Positions 8,753 to 19,437 of a DNA stretch of 64,000 nucleotides are shown here, one piece after another. Position numbers and translations under genes: made by a program. How positions within the stretch are numbered: the stretch's first letter is position 1; the number at the start of each line of letters is the position of its first letter. The DNA is from a bacterium (lineage in GTDB: Bacteria; Patescibacteriota; Minisyncoccia; Phycocordibacterales; UBA918), in the NCBI GenBank assembly GCA_030430425.1, contig JAUIFS010000001.1, positions 5,992 to 69,991 of the forward strand. Direction: 5' to 3'. A model generated the notes under the pieces. That model ran no database searches, was not told where the DNA came from, and saw nothing but the letters and a program-made list of their open reading frames with translations.

Positions 8753-10732
8753 TTAGTCGAGGAATACTGTTGTTTCGTATCCTGAGGTTCCCGCGTTTCC
8801 AAGCAGTCCCCCGCTCCCTTCTGTGGAGGTGCTGATTTGCACGTACTTGTTACTTATGTCGTTAAGGAAAGAAGAAGGAACGTTTACACGTTGTTGCCCA
8901 AAGATGGTGCGCATATGTGCGTAGGTAAGAAAAAGTTTTTTTTCTGCACGAGTGAGCGCAACATAGAACAGTCGGCGCTCTTCTTCTTCGTCAATACCGG
9001 TATTGTCCAAACGCTCATGCGGGAAGAGTCCTTCTTCCATACCAGTGATAAAGACATACGGGAACTCAAGACCTTTTGCAGCATGTACCGTCATGAGACG
9101 TACTGCGTCTCGGTCTTCTTTTTTCTGAAGTTCGTCTTGGTCACTCTGGAGCGCAGCATTTTCAATAAGTGCCTCCACACCCTCTTCAGGACCAAGCTCA
9201 TCGTAGCGTACTGCAAGGGTGACCAGTTCCTGCAGGTTTTCTAGGCGCTCAAGATCTTCTTCAGTACCATGTTTTTTTAAGTCAGCTTCAATTCCGGTTC
9301 GTGAAATGATGAACTTTAGTGTCTCTGAAATCTTTTCGGTTCGTGCATGATCGGCAATGTCTTGCATCATCGCATCAAAGCGTTCTACCTTCTCAAGCGT
9401 TGCACCTTTGAGTTCATCGCGCCTGCCCTCAAGTACTTTCAGCATGGTTACTTTCCCGATTCCCCTTGTGGGGGTATTGATGACACGGGTGATGTCCGCC
9501 GTACTCCCTGGGTTTAGTGCAAGGCGAAGGTACGAGAGTATATCTTTGATTTCTTTTCGTTCAAAAAACTTTGTACCTAAAAGTTGATAGGGGACGTTAA
9601 AGTTTAAGAATGCTTCTTCAAGTATGCGTGATTGAAAGTTTGTGCGATACAGTACCGCAATTGAGGAAGGAGAAGCACCGTCCTCAATGAGTGCCTGTAT
9701 GGTCATAACGATATACTCAGCTTCATCGTAGCCTGAGCGTGCCGCGTGGAGGGTTATTTTTTCTCCCTCTTTGTTTGAAGTGAATACGTTCTTCGGAATA
9801 CGATTTGTATTTTTCTCAATAATGTCATTGGAGGCCCCAATAATGGTTCCTGTTGAACGGTAGTTTTCTTCAAGGAAGACACTTTTTGCACCTTCAAAAT
9901 TATTTTCAAATTGCAGTACATTTTTTATGTCTGCCCCACGCCAAGAATAAATGTTTTGGTCGACATCTCCTACAACACATATGTTGTTATGTGCCTGTGC
10001 GAGTAGTTTAATGATTGCGAACTGGACTTTATTGGTGTCTTGGTATTCATCAACATGAATATAGCGGTAGCGCTGTTGGAGTGTTTCTCGTACGGTTGGG
10101 TACGCCTCAAGCATGCGTAATGTTTTTAATAAGAGGTCGTCAAAGTCGAGTGCTTGATCTTGCGCGAGTGCTTTGTCGTAATGTTCCCATACTTCAGCAC
10201 AGACTTTTTCTGGGTACGATGACGCAGTTTCTAAATAGTCTGTTCGTGAAAGTGCATCACCCTTCGCACGCGAGATCATTGAGAGCATTTTCCGAGGTTC
10301 AAATTGCTTTGGGTCATATCCTGCCGTTTCGATTGCTTTTTTGATTGCTCGATTGCTGTCACTACGATCATAAATGGTGAAATGTCGTGGGAGGTTAACG
10401 GTTGCATGGTGTTCACGAAGTGTCCGCACTCCAAACGCATGAAAGGTAGTGACAGTAGGTGTTGAATCGACACCTGCTCGGCTGCTTTCGGCGTAGGTGG
10501 CGATGAGTGCTTGTACGCGCTCACGCATTTCGGTAGCTGCTTTGTTGGTGAAGGTAACTGCAAGGATGTTGTGAGGAGCTACACCGTTGAGGATAAGGTG
10601 TACGATACGGTGGGTGATCACACGTGTTTTACCTGAACCCGCTCCTGCGAGCACAAGAAGGGGTCCTTCGGTAGTGGTAACGGCTTCTTTTTGTGGATCA
10701 TTTAACTCGGCTATGTGTGCTTGTTCTGACAT
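8753..10732 (-). CDS. pcrA: UvrD/PcrA SF1 DNA helicase
   Basis: LAGAGSGKT, VDEYQDTN, VGDVDQNIYSWRGA, HAAKGLEF and EERRLFYVALTRA motifs. Confidence 0.95.
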   Translation of the reverse strand: MSEQAHIAELNDPQKEAVTTTEGPLLVLAGAGSGKTRVITHRIVHLILNGVAPHNILAVTFTNKAATEMRERVQALIATYAESSRAGVDSTPTVTTFHAFGVRTLREHHATVNLPRHFTIYDRSDSNRAIKKAIETAGYDPKQFEPRKMLSMISRAKGDALSRTDYLETASSYPEKVCAEVWEHYDKALAQDQALDFDDLLLKTLRMLEAYPTVRETLQQRYRYIHVDEYQDTNKVQFAIIKLLAQAHNNICVVGDVDQNIYSWRGADIKNVLQFENNFEGAKSVFLEENYRSTGTIIGASNDIIEKNTNRIPKNVFTSNKEGEKITLHAARSGYDEAEYIVMTIQALIEDGASPSSIAVLYRTNFQSRILEEAFLNFNVPYQLLGTKFFERKEIKDILSYLRLALNPGSTADITRVINTPTRGIGKVTMLKVLEGRRDELKGATLEKVERFDAMMQDIADHARTEKISETLKFIISRTGIEADLKKHGTEEDLERLENLQELVTLAVRYDELGPEEGVEALIENAALQSDQDELQKKEDRDAVRLMTVHAAKGLEFPYVFITGMEEGLFPHERLDNTGIDEEEERRLFYVALTRAEKKLFLTYAHMRTIFGQQRVNVPSSFLNDISNKYVQISTSTEGSGGLLGNAGTSGYETTVFLD

Positions 10733-10901
10733 ACGTGCGCATAACTATATCATGTATATCCAGTGTACCTAAAAAAGAGGTACCGTACCGAGGGTAAAAA
10801 ATTATTCAATATAACTTACTGATGTCAATGGGATTATCGGCGCTAATATAGGGCATATTTTTATACTTTTTGCAGCACAGTGGAAAAGTGTAATACGTCA
10901 A

Positions 10902-10929
10902 TTGACCACTCAGTGCGGTTTAGTATTAT
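10902..10929 (+). promoter_or_regulatory. sigma70-like promoter of LysM-M23 gene
   Basis: TTGACC-N16-TATTAT. Confidence 0.5.
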
Positions 10930-10983
10930 TATCCGCATACCTCATTTGGTATACGTTACAGCGATGTAACAAGGGAGGACCTC

Positions 10984-12165
10984 ATGGTCCTTTTTACATG
11001 CAACGGAAGCAACAATACCGTAACGGGCGCAACACGGCGGAGAGACCATAACCAAAAACGTATAAAACAGATTTCACAAGACCCTGATCCCTCAAGTAGT
11101 CAGCGCATGAGTGCGCGCGATGATCAGGATACATATATAAGTAGCACTTCGGCTCGGGCGACGATTTTTGCCTCAGAGCTCATTCCTTTACTTGCAGTGC
11201 TACTGATCCCCTTTTCTGTGCATGCAGGAGTTTTCTCTTCAATGGCGCAGTTTTTTATAGAATCAGAAACCACTGAAGTTGCACGTGCTGAAGTTGATTA
11301 TTCAGCCCGCTACACGCCACTGCTTACCGCAACCATACAAGCCGATCCACAAAAAGCGATTGGTGGTGGTGACCTTGCGGTGTCTGACGGCGCACTTGTT
11401 TCTACCGGTCCGGTTGGTGAAGATGAAATAGCAGCGTCAAGCGCAAGCGCTGGAGAAATCAGCGTGTATGTCGTACGTGAAGGTGATTCGCTATCACAGA
11501 TTGCTGAGATGTATAACGTCACTACTAATACTATTTTGTGGGCAAACGATATTTCACGTGCAAGTGACATTCAGCCGGGCGACACACTCGTTATCCTCCC
11601 TATTGTGGGAGTGCGTCATGTAGTTGCTTCTGGTGAGACCCTTGGTTCTCTCTTAAAGAAATACGATGCAGATCTTGACGAGGTGCTGGCGTACAACAAT
11701 CTTTCTGAAGACGCAGTGCTTGCTGTTGGTGATGAGTTGATGATTCCTGGTGGTGAACTACATACACCCCGTACTGTTGCAAAACGACCGGCACCAAGTA
11801 AGTCTCGTGGCGCTACTGGCGGCGGAGGTTTTTCTCATCCTGTGCCTGGTGCGGTGCGTACCCAGGGTATTCACGGATACAACGCGGTTGACCTTGCTGC
11901 AGGTCACGGAACTGCTATCCGTGCCGCAGCAGCAGGAGAAGTTATTGTGTCTAAGGCAAGTGGTTGGAATGGCGGATACGGACAGTATATTGTAGTGCGA
12001 CACAACAACGGTACACAGACACTCTATGCACACCTCAGTGCAAACAACGTTGGTGTTGGTGCATGGGTTGGATCAGGACAAGTTATTGGTGCAATGGGTA
12101 ACACGGGTAAGTCCACGGGAACGCACTTACACTTCGAAGTACGTGGAGGAAGCAACCCCTTTTAG
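10984..12165 (+). CDS. LysM + M23 peptidase (cell-wall endopeptidase)
   Basis: Two LysM repeats (YVVREGDSLSQIA; HVVASGETL) and M23 motifs H..VD, YAHL, STGTHLHFEV. True start possibly 11107. Confidence 0.9.
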   Translation: MVLFTCNGSNNTVTGATRRRDHNQKRIKQISQDPDPSSSQRMSARDDQDTYISSTSARATIFASELIPLLAVLLIPFSVHAGVFSSMAQFFIESETTEVARAEVDYSARYTPLLTATIQADPQKAIGGGDLAVSDGALVSTGPVGEDEIAASSASAGEISVYVVREGDSLSQIAEMYNVTTNTILWANDISRASDIQPGDTLVILPIVGVRHVVASGETLGSLLKKYDADLDEVLAYNNLSEDAVLAVGDELMIPGGELHTPRTVAKRPAPSKSRGATGGGGFSHPVPGAVRTQGIHGYNAVDLAAGHGTAIRAAAAGEVIVSKASGWNGGYGQYIVVRHNNGTQTLYAHLSANNVGVGAWVGSGQVIGAMGNTGKSTGTHLHFEVRGGSNPF

Positions 12166-12399
12166 AAAAGTTTGAAAAGTTGGCGGATATCTTTGTCTCG
12201 CTACATAAAATAAAAGTTCACCGTACGTTACGTACGGCTCTTTTTATTTCATTTATGCTCCTCGAGCTCCATTCAATTTTTCAACCTTTTGGATCTCTTC
12301 GATATATTCATACAAAAAGGCGCTCGCCCTACTTCGTAGGTCTCGCGCCTTTTTCGTTCCGTGTCTTGTGGCAGCCGCTAAATAGCGGGCGGTCGCGAG

Positions 12400-13323
12400 C
12401 TAACTTGAGTTTTTAACCAAATCTATTCTTTTATACATTAAATCTTTAAATTTTTTATTTTCTGTATTTACCCACTTCATAGCGGCCCACACCACATCAT
12501 TGGTTCTTATAATTTTTTCATTCGCTTTCATATCGAGTGTTAAGGATTCTTTACTGCATTTAAAATAATAAGCACATCGTTCGATCAAGAAACTGAGCTG
12601 ATCTGGGCTAAAATTTCCATGTATTTTTATATAAGAAAGCCCAAAGAAGTTAGAAATACACGCATGCTCAAAATCATAAAAATTAATTTTACCATCAGTG
12701 TCGATAATCAACTTCGACTGAATATCTCCCCAGGCAAAACCTAACCTTCTTTCAGCCTTGTTTACATTTTCTAGGTATTTCAAGTTTTCTTTCAGTGTAG
12801 TTTCTATCCATACAGTAATTTCTTCTGGGAGGGTACCCTTCTTTGCTTCTTCAAAACGATTAAACCCGTATAGCTTTATACTTTCAATTGGATCAACATA
12901 GTCGTAAAACCTTAAGCCATTACTTTTGCAGAAAGCAACAAAAGCAGAAACATCTAGAGTAAACAGCTTGTGTAGCTGGCGAGCAAATGAATCAATTTGA
13001 TCATTAGAGAGATCTCTTTGTGACACAAGCTCACCTTCTATAAAGTTTTCGATAAGATAATTTTTGTCATAATCATAAAATAGAGCTCTCGGACAAAAAT
13101 CTATACCCTCATTTTCAAAGTACCTGAGAAAAGAATTTTCTTTCTCCAAAGAATCTAAGAATTGAGGCTCGGTTGACTTCTTTAATCTCAACACAAATTT
13201 TTGTCCATTTTCTTCAAGTAAATAGTTTTCATTACCGAATCCTTCTGCTAAAAAAACCACATTGGGGCTACTCACTAACGATGATCTCTTTGCAAGTTCT
13301 GCCACTTCTTCATTTGTTTTCAT
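12400..13323 (-). CDS. aminoglycoside phosphotransferase / choline kinase-like protein
   Basis: EGFGNENY, KFVLRLK, WGDI (HGD variant) and YDFE motifs. Visibly AT-richer than its neighbours. Confidence 0.7.
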   Translation of the reverse strand: MKTNEEVAELAKRSSLVSSPNVVFLAEGFGNENYLLEENGQKFVLRLKKSTEPQFLDSLEKENSFLRYFENEGIDFCPRALFYDYDKNYLIENFIEGELVSQRDLSNDQIDSFARQLHKLFTLDVSAFVAFCKSNGLRFYDYVDPIESIKLYGFNRFEEAKKGTLPEEITVWIETTLKENLKYLENVNKAERRLGFAWGDIQSKLIIDTDGKINFYDFEHACISNFFGLSYIKIHGNFSPDQLSFLIERCAYYFKCSKESLTLDMKANEKIIRTNDVVWAAMKWVNTENKKFKDLMYKRIDLVKNSS

Positions 13324-13410
13324 TGTAATGATTGTAACAAACCAGCACGAAACATAATGTCTCGTGCTAGCTCTAAACTGCGCGTGGTCTTGGATTCAAA
13401 CTAGAATATT

Positions 13411-14928
13411 TTATACACGAACCCTATACTGTAATGCCTCATATACATGAGGTGGTTGTATATCGTTTGAGTTGTCTAAATCAGCTATCGTCCGAGCAAC
13501 TTTAATAACCCGATGGTAGCTCCGCGGAGAGAGGTTGAGTTTCTCGCTACTCGTGCGGAGGATGTGCTGTACTTCACCGCTGAGCGTGATAGTTTCCTCA
13601 ATGTCACGTGCTGAAAGTTCAGCGTTTGTATACGTGCCACGTTTTTCTCCTCGTGCACGCATCATGTTTCTTGCGCTTTTGATTTGTTCTCGTGCACGCG
13701 CAGTCTCTCCAGTATTTGTTGTGGTAGTAGTGAGCGTGTCGTAGTCAACATGCGGTACTTCAAGCCAGAGGTCAATACGGTCAAGAATTGGTCCAGAGAT
13801 TTTGCCTTTGTATGTTTCAAGCATGGCGCTCGCAAAGTCGGTAGTCCCATCCTCACTCCCCCGATAGGGATTCATTGCTGCAATGAGAATAAAGTCTGCA
13901 GGAAACAGCGCGGTCCCTTGTACGCGAGAGATAGACACGACGCGGTCTTCAAGCGGTTGCCGCAGTGCATCAATACTCCGTCGTTCAAACTCAGGGAATT
14001 CATCGACAAACAATACTCCCTTGTGCGCAAGTGTGACTTCCCCCGGGCGAGGGTGCGCGCCACCGCCGACCAATGAAGTGTGACTTGCGGTGTGGTGTGG
14101 TGCACGAAACGGAGGCTGCGCGGAGACATTATTTTCATATACCCCCGCAACGGAATGAATTGCGGTAACCTCGAGTGCTTCCTCTCGTGATAGTGGCGGA
14201 AGTATTCCCTGAAAGGCACGCGCGAGCATCGTCTTCCCTGTCCCCGGAGGACCAACCATGATGACATTGTGTCTGCCTGCCGCAGCAATAAGAAGACCTC
14301 GCTTTGCAGCCTCTTGTCCTTTAATGTCTTCCAGTCGTGTAAGTCCGTCATGCCACTGCTCTTCCATGTGTGTGAGCTCTTGAACTGGCAGACAGCAGTG
14401 TTTTTCTTCATCTTTAGTTATATGGTGTACAACGTCCATAAGCGTACGTGCTGGGTAGATGGTTATGCCTGCAACAAGTGCTGCCTCCTGTGCATTGTCT
14501 TTAGGAACAATAACTTCGCTATAGCCGTGTTCTTTTGCTGCTTGCACAATAGCAAGTACTCCCCGCACTCCGCGTAGGTGCCCATTGAGAGAAAGCTCTC
14601 CCACATACATGCGCGAAACGTCAGTGGTGGACACTTCCTCTGCTGCGATGAGGTACGCAATGGCAATAGGGAGGTCGAACAGAGGTCCTTCTTTTTTAAG
14701 GTCAGCAGGCGCAAGTGAAATAGTTATTTTATGGTTCTTACTTTTTGGAGATGGAAAACCACTATTTTTTATCGCCGCACTGACACGGTCTTTTGCTTCT
14801 TCAATTGCTTTTCCAGGAAGTCCCACAATGGAAAATGAATGCAGACCTCGGGTGAGGTCTGCTTCAATAGTTACCGGTACACCTCCGGTAACAGTTCCTT
14901 GTGCAGTGTGTGTGGTTGCGACTGCCAT
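13411..14928 (-). CDS. comM: YifB/ComM Mg-chelatase-like AAA+ ATPase
   Basis: LAPADLKKEG, GPPGTGKTMLA, PFRAPHH, RPGEVTLAHKGVLFVDE and SGPILDRID motifs. Confidence 0.92.
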   Translation of the reverse strand: MAVATTHTAQGTVTGGVPVTIEADLTRGLHSFSIVGLPGKAIEEAKDRVSAAIKNSGFPSPKSKNHKITISLAPADLKKEGPLFDLPIAIAYLIAAEEVSTTDVSRMYVGELSLNGHLRGVRGVLAIVQAAKEHGYSEVIVPKDNAQEAALVAGITIYPARTLMDVVHHITKDEEKHCCLPVQELTHMEEQWHDGLTRLEDIKGQEAAKRGLLIAAAGRHNVIMVGPPGTGKTMLARAFQGILPPLSREEALEVTAIHSVAGVYENNVSAQPPFRAPHHTASHTSLVGGGAHPRPGEVTLAHKGVLFVDEFPEFERRSIDALRQPLEDRVVSISRVQGTALFPADFILIAAMNPYRGSEDGTTDFASAMLETYKGKISGPILDRIDLWLEVPHVDYDTLTTTTTNTGETARAREQIKSARNMMRARGEKRGTYTNAELSARDIEETITLSGEVQHILRTSSEKLNLSPRSYHRVIKVARTIADLDNSNDIQPPHVYEALQYRVRV

Positions 14929-14930
14929 AG

Positions 14931-15305
14931 TTATGAAGGAAGTTGTGATTCGTTATCGAGGTCAGCTTTGCACGTCCGTGCTGCGGGATTTACTGAAAGC
15001 CGGTCTTCCTCAATTTCATTTTTACATAGTTCACAGGTCCCATACGTACCTGCGTCAATTTTGGAAAGCGCACGTTTGATATTGTTGCATCGTGTTTCGA
15101 GAGCACTGAGTGTTCCGCGGCGTTCTTGCCAGGCTTCAGAACGGTCGCCAAAATCATTTGGATCGGATTCATTTTTTGAAGGTTCCTCTGGCGTGGTGAT
15201 CCAGTCTTCGGGTGCGTTTGGATTTTGTACTCCAAGCTCTTCTAAGGAATGTGTTATTTCTGCTAGTTCTGTTTCGAGTATTTTTTTGTATGCTGATGTC
15301 TTCAT
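14931..15305 (-). CDS. TraR/DksA C4-type zinc-finger protein
   Basis: ALSKIDAGTYGTCELC...RL...PAARTC. Confidence 0.85.
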   Translation of the reverse strand: MKTSAYKKILETELAEITHSLEELGVQNPNAPEDWITTPEEPSKNESDPNDFGDRSEAWQERRGTLSALETRCNNIKRALSKIDAGTYGTCELCKNEIEEDRLSVNPAARTCKADLDNESQLPS

Positions 15306-15330
15306 ATACAGACAGTATACCGCATGTGCT

Positions 15331-17199
15331 TTACTGACCTATCAAAGGGAGTAGCTTTACAAATGTTTCTGAGTCAGGAGTAATCAGAATCATGTTTTGC
15401 TTTATAAAAGAATAGATGAGTCGCTCAGAGTTTGTTGCATCGACCAAGACGCGTGCGCTCTTGTTTGCAATGACCGTATCTCTAAAGAAGGCAGTGCGTA
15501 TTTGGGTGTCTGTTCGAGCGTATGGGTCATACGATTCTGATACGGGTGAACCAAACAATGGTGAGAGGTCGCTACTGAGCACGGGTTCCCACTGCAACAT
15601 ACCTGCAAAACTCGTGTCAAAATTAGTTGTTTGTATAAGTATGAATGGTTTTGTGCCATCAATACTGCCGAACATTATTTCTGAAATATCACGTGTGAAT
15701 GATCCTGGTGTACGCAACGCCAGTGAGTTGAGGATTGTTTGCGCATCAGCAGGAATGGTTTTTCCAGACGTATCTTGCATTGTTGGGTATATTTGTATGG
15801 TTTCACGACTTGTCAGAGACGCGTTAAGTATTGACTGGAATGTGGCATCTTTACTGGTGTGTAACGTCACCGGAATTTGCTGTGTGGTTTGTAGTAATGA
15901 AGGAATACGGATTGGTGCCGCTTGTTCAGCTGGCGTGGAACCCATAAACATGTAGACACTTGTTCCGATACCAAGTAAAGAGGCACCAACAATAACAAGC
16001 CCATAGATATATATCGGTACTCGAGATGGTCTTGTAGCTGTTTGTGTTTCGGCAGAAGGTTGTAGGCGAGGAGTTTTTGTCTCAATTGGTTTCTTTTGCA
16101 GCACTGGTGTTGCTACAGGATCTGCTTTAGGTACAGCTGAAACCGGTGGCGTGTTGGACACTGCTGTTTTTGCTGCAGGAGGCTGCGTAACGTTGCGTTG
16201 GACCGTAGAGGGTGTTTCCGCAACCGGTGTCGGTGTTTTGGTTTCTTCCTTTTCTTGCGCACGATCAAATACCGGCTTTGGCGGTGGACCTTGTGCAACA
16301 ACACGTTCTTGCAACAGTGTATCAATAGGGTCTGCGACCTGTTCTTCAGGAACTGCTGCAGGAGCATTTTCTTGTTCAGGCATTTTTAAGGTGCGTACAT
16401 CAACTGGAGTTTCGTCGGTGGTATGTGTCCAGGTGGGAGCAGGTACGTCTTCTTTTTTCTTGATACCAACACTTGTTTTGGGAGCTTCTCGTTTTTTTGT
16501 GGTGAGTCGTTTTACCGTAATGCCGTGATCATTTTGTGGCACGTGATAACTGGCGCGTGCTGCTGCTGCAATAGTTGCAATACGCGTTTCTGCTTTACTG
16601 ACCATGTGTTCAGGTTCTTTTTGTTTGGTGAGTATTTCTTTTTTTGTGCCAAACCAATTTTGAAGCGATGCTCCAATTGCAGGCAATAGCCGAAACTTCT
16701 TTCTTTTTTTGTTTTGGATGATGGTTCCCTCTACTGCATCGTCATGGAGAGAAATATTTTGTGGTGCCTGGTTCAGCGTTGTGGCATCTGAAAAATTCCC
16801 CTCAATCTGTGCAACTTCATTTGCTAATGTTGTAGTATCAACAACAAGTTTTTTGGGTTTTGGTGCAGATGCAACAACTTCTGCCGCAAGCTTTTCTTTA
16901 CTCAAAATCTCCTCTGCTTTTGAAACAATAGGCGCAGCTTCTTTTGGAACAGGCATCGTTGCGTCACTTGCAGCAAGAAACTCTGAGGACTTTTTTACTT
17001 TCTCTCTTTTTCGATCAAGTGCTGCTTGCGGGAGCTTTGTTTCTTTAGGAGTGGCAAGAATAGCGTCGGTGCGTTGTTGTACCGATTTTTCTTCTTGTTT
17101 GAGTACGGGACGATTAGGCACTTCTTCACCACGTGCGCGTAGAGCGTCAGTGGTATAGGTGCGTATACGTGCAATGGAATGATCATTCCCTGTTGTCAT
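15331..17199 (-). CDS. hypothetical membrane protein (Lys/Pro-rich region, one TM, conserved C-terminal domain)
   Basis: IRTY..D N-terminus, TM near aa 395-420, and a F..SFAGMLQWE...F.D.VIANK..R.L C-terminus typical of Parcubacteria. Confidence 0.7.
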   Translation of the reverse strand: MTTGNDHSIARIRTYTTDALRARGEEVPNRPVLKQEEKSVQQRTDAILATPKETKLPQAALDRKREKVKKSSEFLAASDATMPVPKEAAPIVSKAEEILSKEKLAAEVVASAPKPKKLVVDTTTLANEVAQIEGNFSDATTLNQAPQNISLHDDAVEGTIIQNKKRKKFRLLPAIGASLQNWFGTKKEILTKQKEPEHMVSKAETRIATIAAAARASYHVPQNDHGITVKRLTTKKREAPKTSVGIKKKEDVPAPTWTHTTDETPVDVRTLKMPEQENAPAAVPEEQVADPIDTLLQERVVAQGPPPKPVFDRAQEKEETKTPTPVAETPSTVQRNVTQPPAAKTAVSNTPPVSAVPKADPVATPVLQKKPIETKTPRLQPSAETQTATRPSRVPIYIYGLVIVGASLLGIGTSVYMFMGSTPAEQAAPIRIPSLLQTTQQIPVTLHTSKDATFQSILNASLTSRETIQIYPTMQDTSGKTIPADAQTILNSLALRTPGSFTRDISEIMFGSIDGTKPFILIQTTNFDTSFAGMLQWEPVLSSDLSPLFGSPVSESYDPYARTDTQIRTAFFRDTVIANKSARVLVDATNSERLIYSFIKQNMILITPDSETFVKLLPLIGQ

Positions 17200-17286
17200 G
17201 TTCTATAGTATCGCATGGTTTGTTTTTCTTGCTAAGGTACGTTATATACAAAAGACCGGAGGCGTTGCCTCCGGTCTTTTGTATAG

Positions 17287-19437
17287 TTACGCTTCTTTGC
17301 GTGGTGGTCGTTCAGGTGGTTGTATTCCCTTGCGTTGTGCAAAGTCGGGGTCGGCTTGCTTGATAGAAAGTCCTATTTTTCCATCTTCAACCTTTGAGAT
17401 AATTACTTCTACCGTTTCTCCTTCAGCGAGTATACCGTCCATTTTTTCGATCCGGAACGGCGCTATTTCAGAAATGTGAATGAGTCCTTCATTTTGTGCA
17501 TCGATTTTTGCAAACGCACCGAAGTCTACAACACGTACAATAGTAGCTTGTACGCGCTCACCCACTTCATACACTTTGGTGAGCGCTTCAATGCGCGCTG
17601 CTGCAGCTTGTGCGGTGCCATTTTTCCCAGTGATGAATACTGAACCGTCGTCTTCAATAGAAATTTCTTCAACCCCGGTTTCTTCTTTGAGAGTATTAAT
17701 GGTTTTTCCTCCAGAACCAATGACTAACCCAATCTGCTCAGGGAGAATGTTAAGCGTTACAATCTCTGGGGCACGGGGCGATATATGCGCACGTGGTTGC
17801 GCAATGGCTGCTTCCATAACGTCAAGAATCTCTAGACGTGCTCGTTTTGCTTTTTCAAGCGCTTCACCAAGAATCTGCACCGGAATACCTTCCACTTTTA
17901 CATCCATCTGGATTGCGGTTACACCTTCACGCGTACCTGCAACCTTAAAGTCCATGTCACCATGTTCGTCCTCAGGTCCTTGAATGTCAGTAAGCAGTGC
18001 GTAGTTATCTTTGTCGTACATCATAAGTCCAGAGGCAATACCTGCAACCGGTCGCTTGATTGGTACCCCGCCATCCATGAGTGCAAGTGTTGAGCCACAC
18101 GCAGATCCCATTGAGCTCGATCCGTTAGATGCCATCGTTTCAGATACAAGGCGGATTGTGTAGGGGAATTCACTTTGCGGAGGAATCACCGGTAAGAGTG
18201 CTTTCTCTGCAAGTGCGCCGTGACCAATCATACGTCGATTGAATCCTCCAACACGACCTGACTCCCCTACTGAAAAAGGTGCGAAGTTGTAGTGGTGGAT
18301 GTATCGCTTTTTACTGTCTTGATTTTCAATAGTATCAATCAGTTGTGCGGACTCAGGTCCTGCGAGTGTCAGTGCGGTGAAGATGTGCGTGCCTCCCCGA
18401 TAGAAAATTCCTGAGCCATGCAGTACTGGTGACACATCACCTGCCTGTGCGTACAGTTCTCGTACGGTATCCATGTCCCGTCCGTCAGCACGTTTCCCCT
18501 CTTCGATTGCGCCGCGGTGTAGCTCCTTGTCTACTTCTTCCTCAAAGTAGTCCGCTGCATGTGCTGCGTTCACTTCTGCATCAATCCTCTCTTCAATTGC
18601 TGCAAGGAATGCATCTTTTAGTGCATAGATATGGTCCTTTCCGGCACGATTAGAAAAGAGCACTTCAGTGAGCTGTATTGCAAACTCGTCTTTGAAAAGA
18701 GTATGCACCGCTTCAGGAAGTTGTGGCGCTTCGTATATTCGCTTTTCTTTTCCAATCTCTGCAATAATTTCTTTTTGCCAAGTTTCCAGTTTCTGATGAA
18801 TCGCAACGCTCGCTTCAAAGACGGCGAGGATGTCACTTTCAGGAACTTCAAAGGCGGCTGTTTCAATCATATTGATGTTGCCGTCTTTTCCGCAGGCAAG
18901 CACCTCAAAAGAAAGCTCATGTTCTTCGCGCTGAAGGTATGTTGGGTTTACAATCACTTCGCCTGTTTCTTTGTGTTGTCCAATACGCACAGCACCAACA
19001 GGTCCAGCCCAAGGAATGTCAGATACAGACAGTGCAAGTGATGCTCCAATAACACCAAGCACGTCGGGGTCGTCTTCTCCCATGGCAAGTACGGTGGTGA
19101 CTACTTGTATGTCGTTGCGCATGCTTTGATCAAACAATGGTCGGATCGTTCGATCGATGATGCGTGCAGAGAGTACTGCCTCATCGCTTGGTCGTCCTTC
19201 TCGTCGCATGAAGCGACTACCGAGCATCTGTCCTGCTGCGTAAAACTTTTCTTCAAACTCTACCGACAGTGGAAAGTACGGCATGTTGCTCGTGCGACTA
19301 CTCATCACTGCAGTGACAAGAATTGCAGTATCCCCCATACGAAGAATCACTGAGCCGTTTGCCTGGTTGGTAAGGTCAGTAAACTCAGCGGTCAATGTTT
19401 TACCCGCAATGTCTACTTCAAAGGTTTTCTTTTGCAT
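17287..19437 (-). CDS. pnp: polyribonucleotide nucleotidyltransferase
   Basis: RREGRPS, IDRTIRPLF, SNGSSSMGS and GDMDFKVAG motifs, plus KH and S1 domains. Confidence 0.97.
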   Translation of the reverse strand: MQKKTFEVDIAGKTLTAEFTDLTNQANGSVILRMGDTAILVTAVMSSRTSNMPYFPLSVEFEEKFYAAGQMLGSRFMRREGRPSDEAVLSARIIDRTIRPLFDQSMRNDIQVVTTVLAMGEDDPDVLGVIGASLALSVSDIPWAGPVGAVRIGQHKETGEVIVNPTYLQREEHELSFEVLACGKDGNINMIETAAFEVPESDILAVFEASVAIHQKLETWQKEIIAEIGKEKRIYEAPQLPEAVHTLFKDEFAIQLTEVLFSNRAGKDHIYALKDAFLAAIEERIDAEVNAAHAADYFEEEVDKELHRGAIEEGKRADGRDMDTVRELYAQAGDVSPVLHGSGIFYRGGTHIFTALTLAGPESAQLIDTIENQDSKKRYIHHYNFAPFSVGESGRVGGFNRRMIGHGALAEKALLPVIPPQSEFPYTIRLVSETMASNGSSSMGSACGSTLALMDGGVPIKRPVAGIASGLMMYDKDNYALLTDIQGPEDEHGDMDFKVAGTREGVTAIQMDVKVEGIPVQILGEALEKAKRARLEILDVMEAAIAQPRAHISPRAPEIVTLNILPEQIGLVIGSGGKTINTLKEETGVEEISIEDDGSVFITGKNGTAQAAAARIEALTKVYEVGERVQATIVRVVDFGAFAKIDAQNEGLIHISEIAPFRIEKMDGILAEGETVEVIISKVEDGKIGLSIKQADPDFAQRKGIQPPERPPRKEA

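Noticed and set aside
10734-10760. dif-like sequence cgtgcgcataa-ctata-tcatgtatatc
   Set aside because: The spacer is 5 bp and the XerD arm is poor. It coincides with the extended -10 of pcrA, and dif is unlikely so near a parS cluster.
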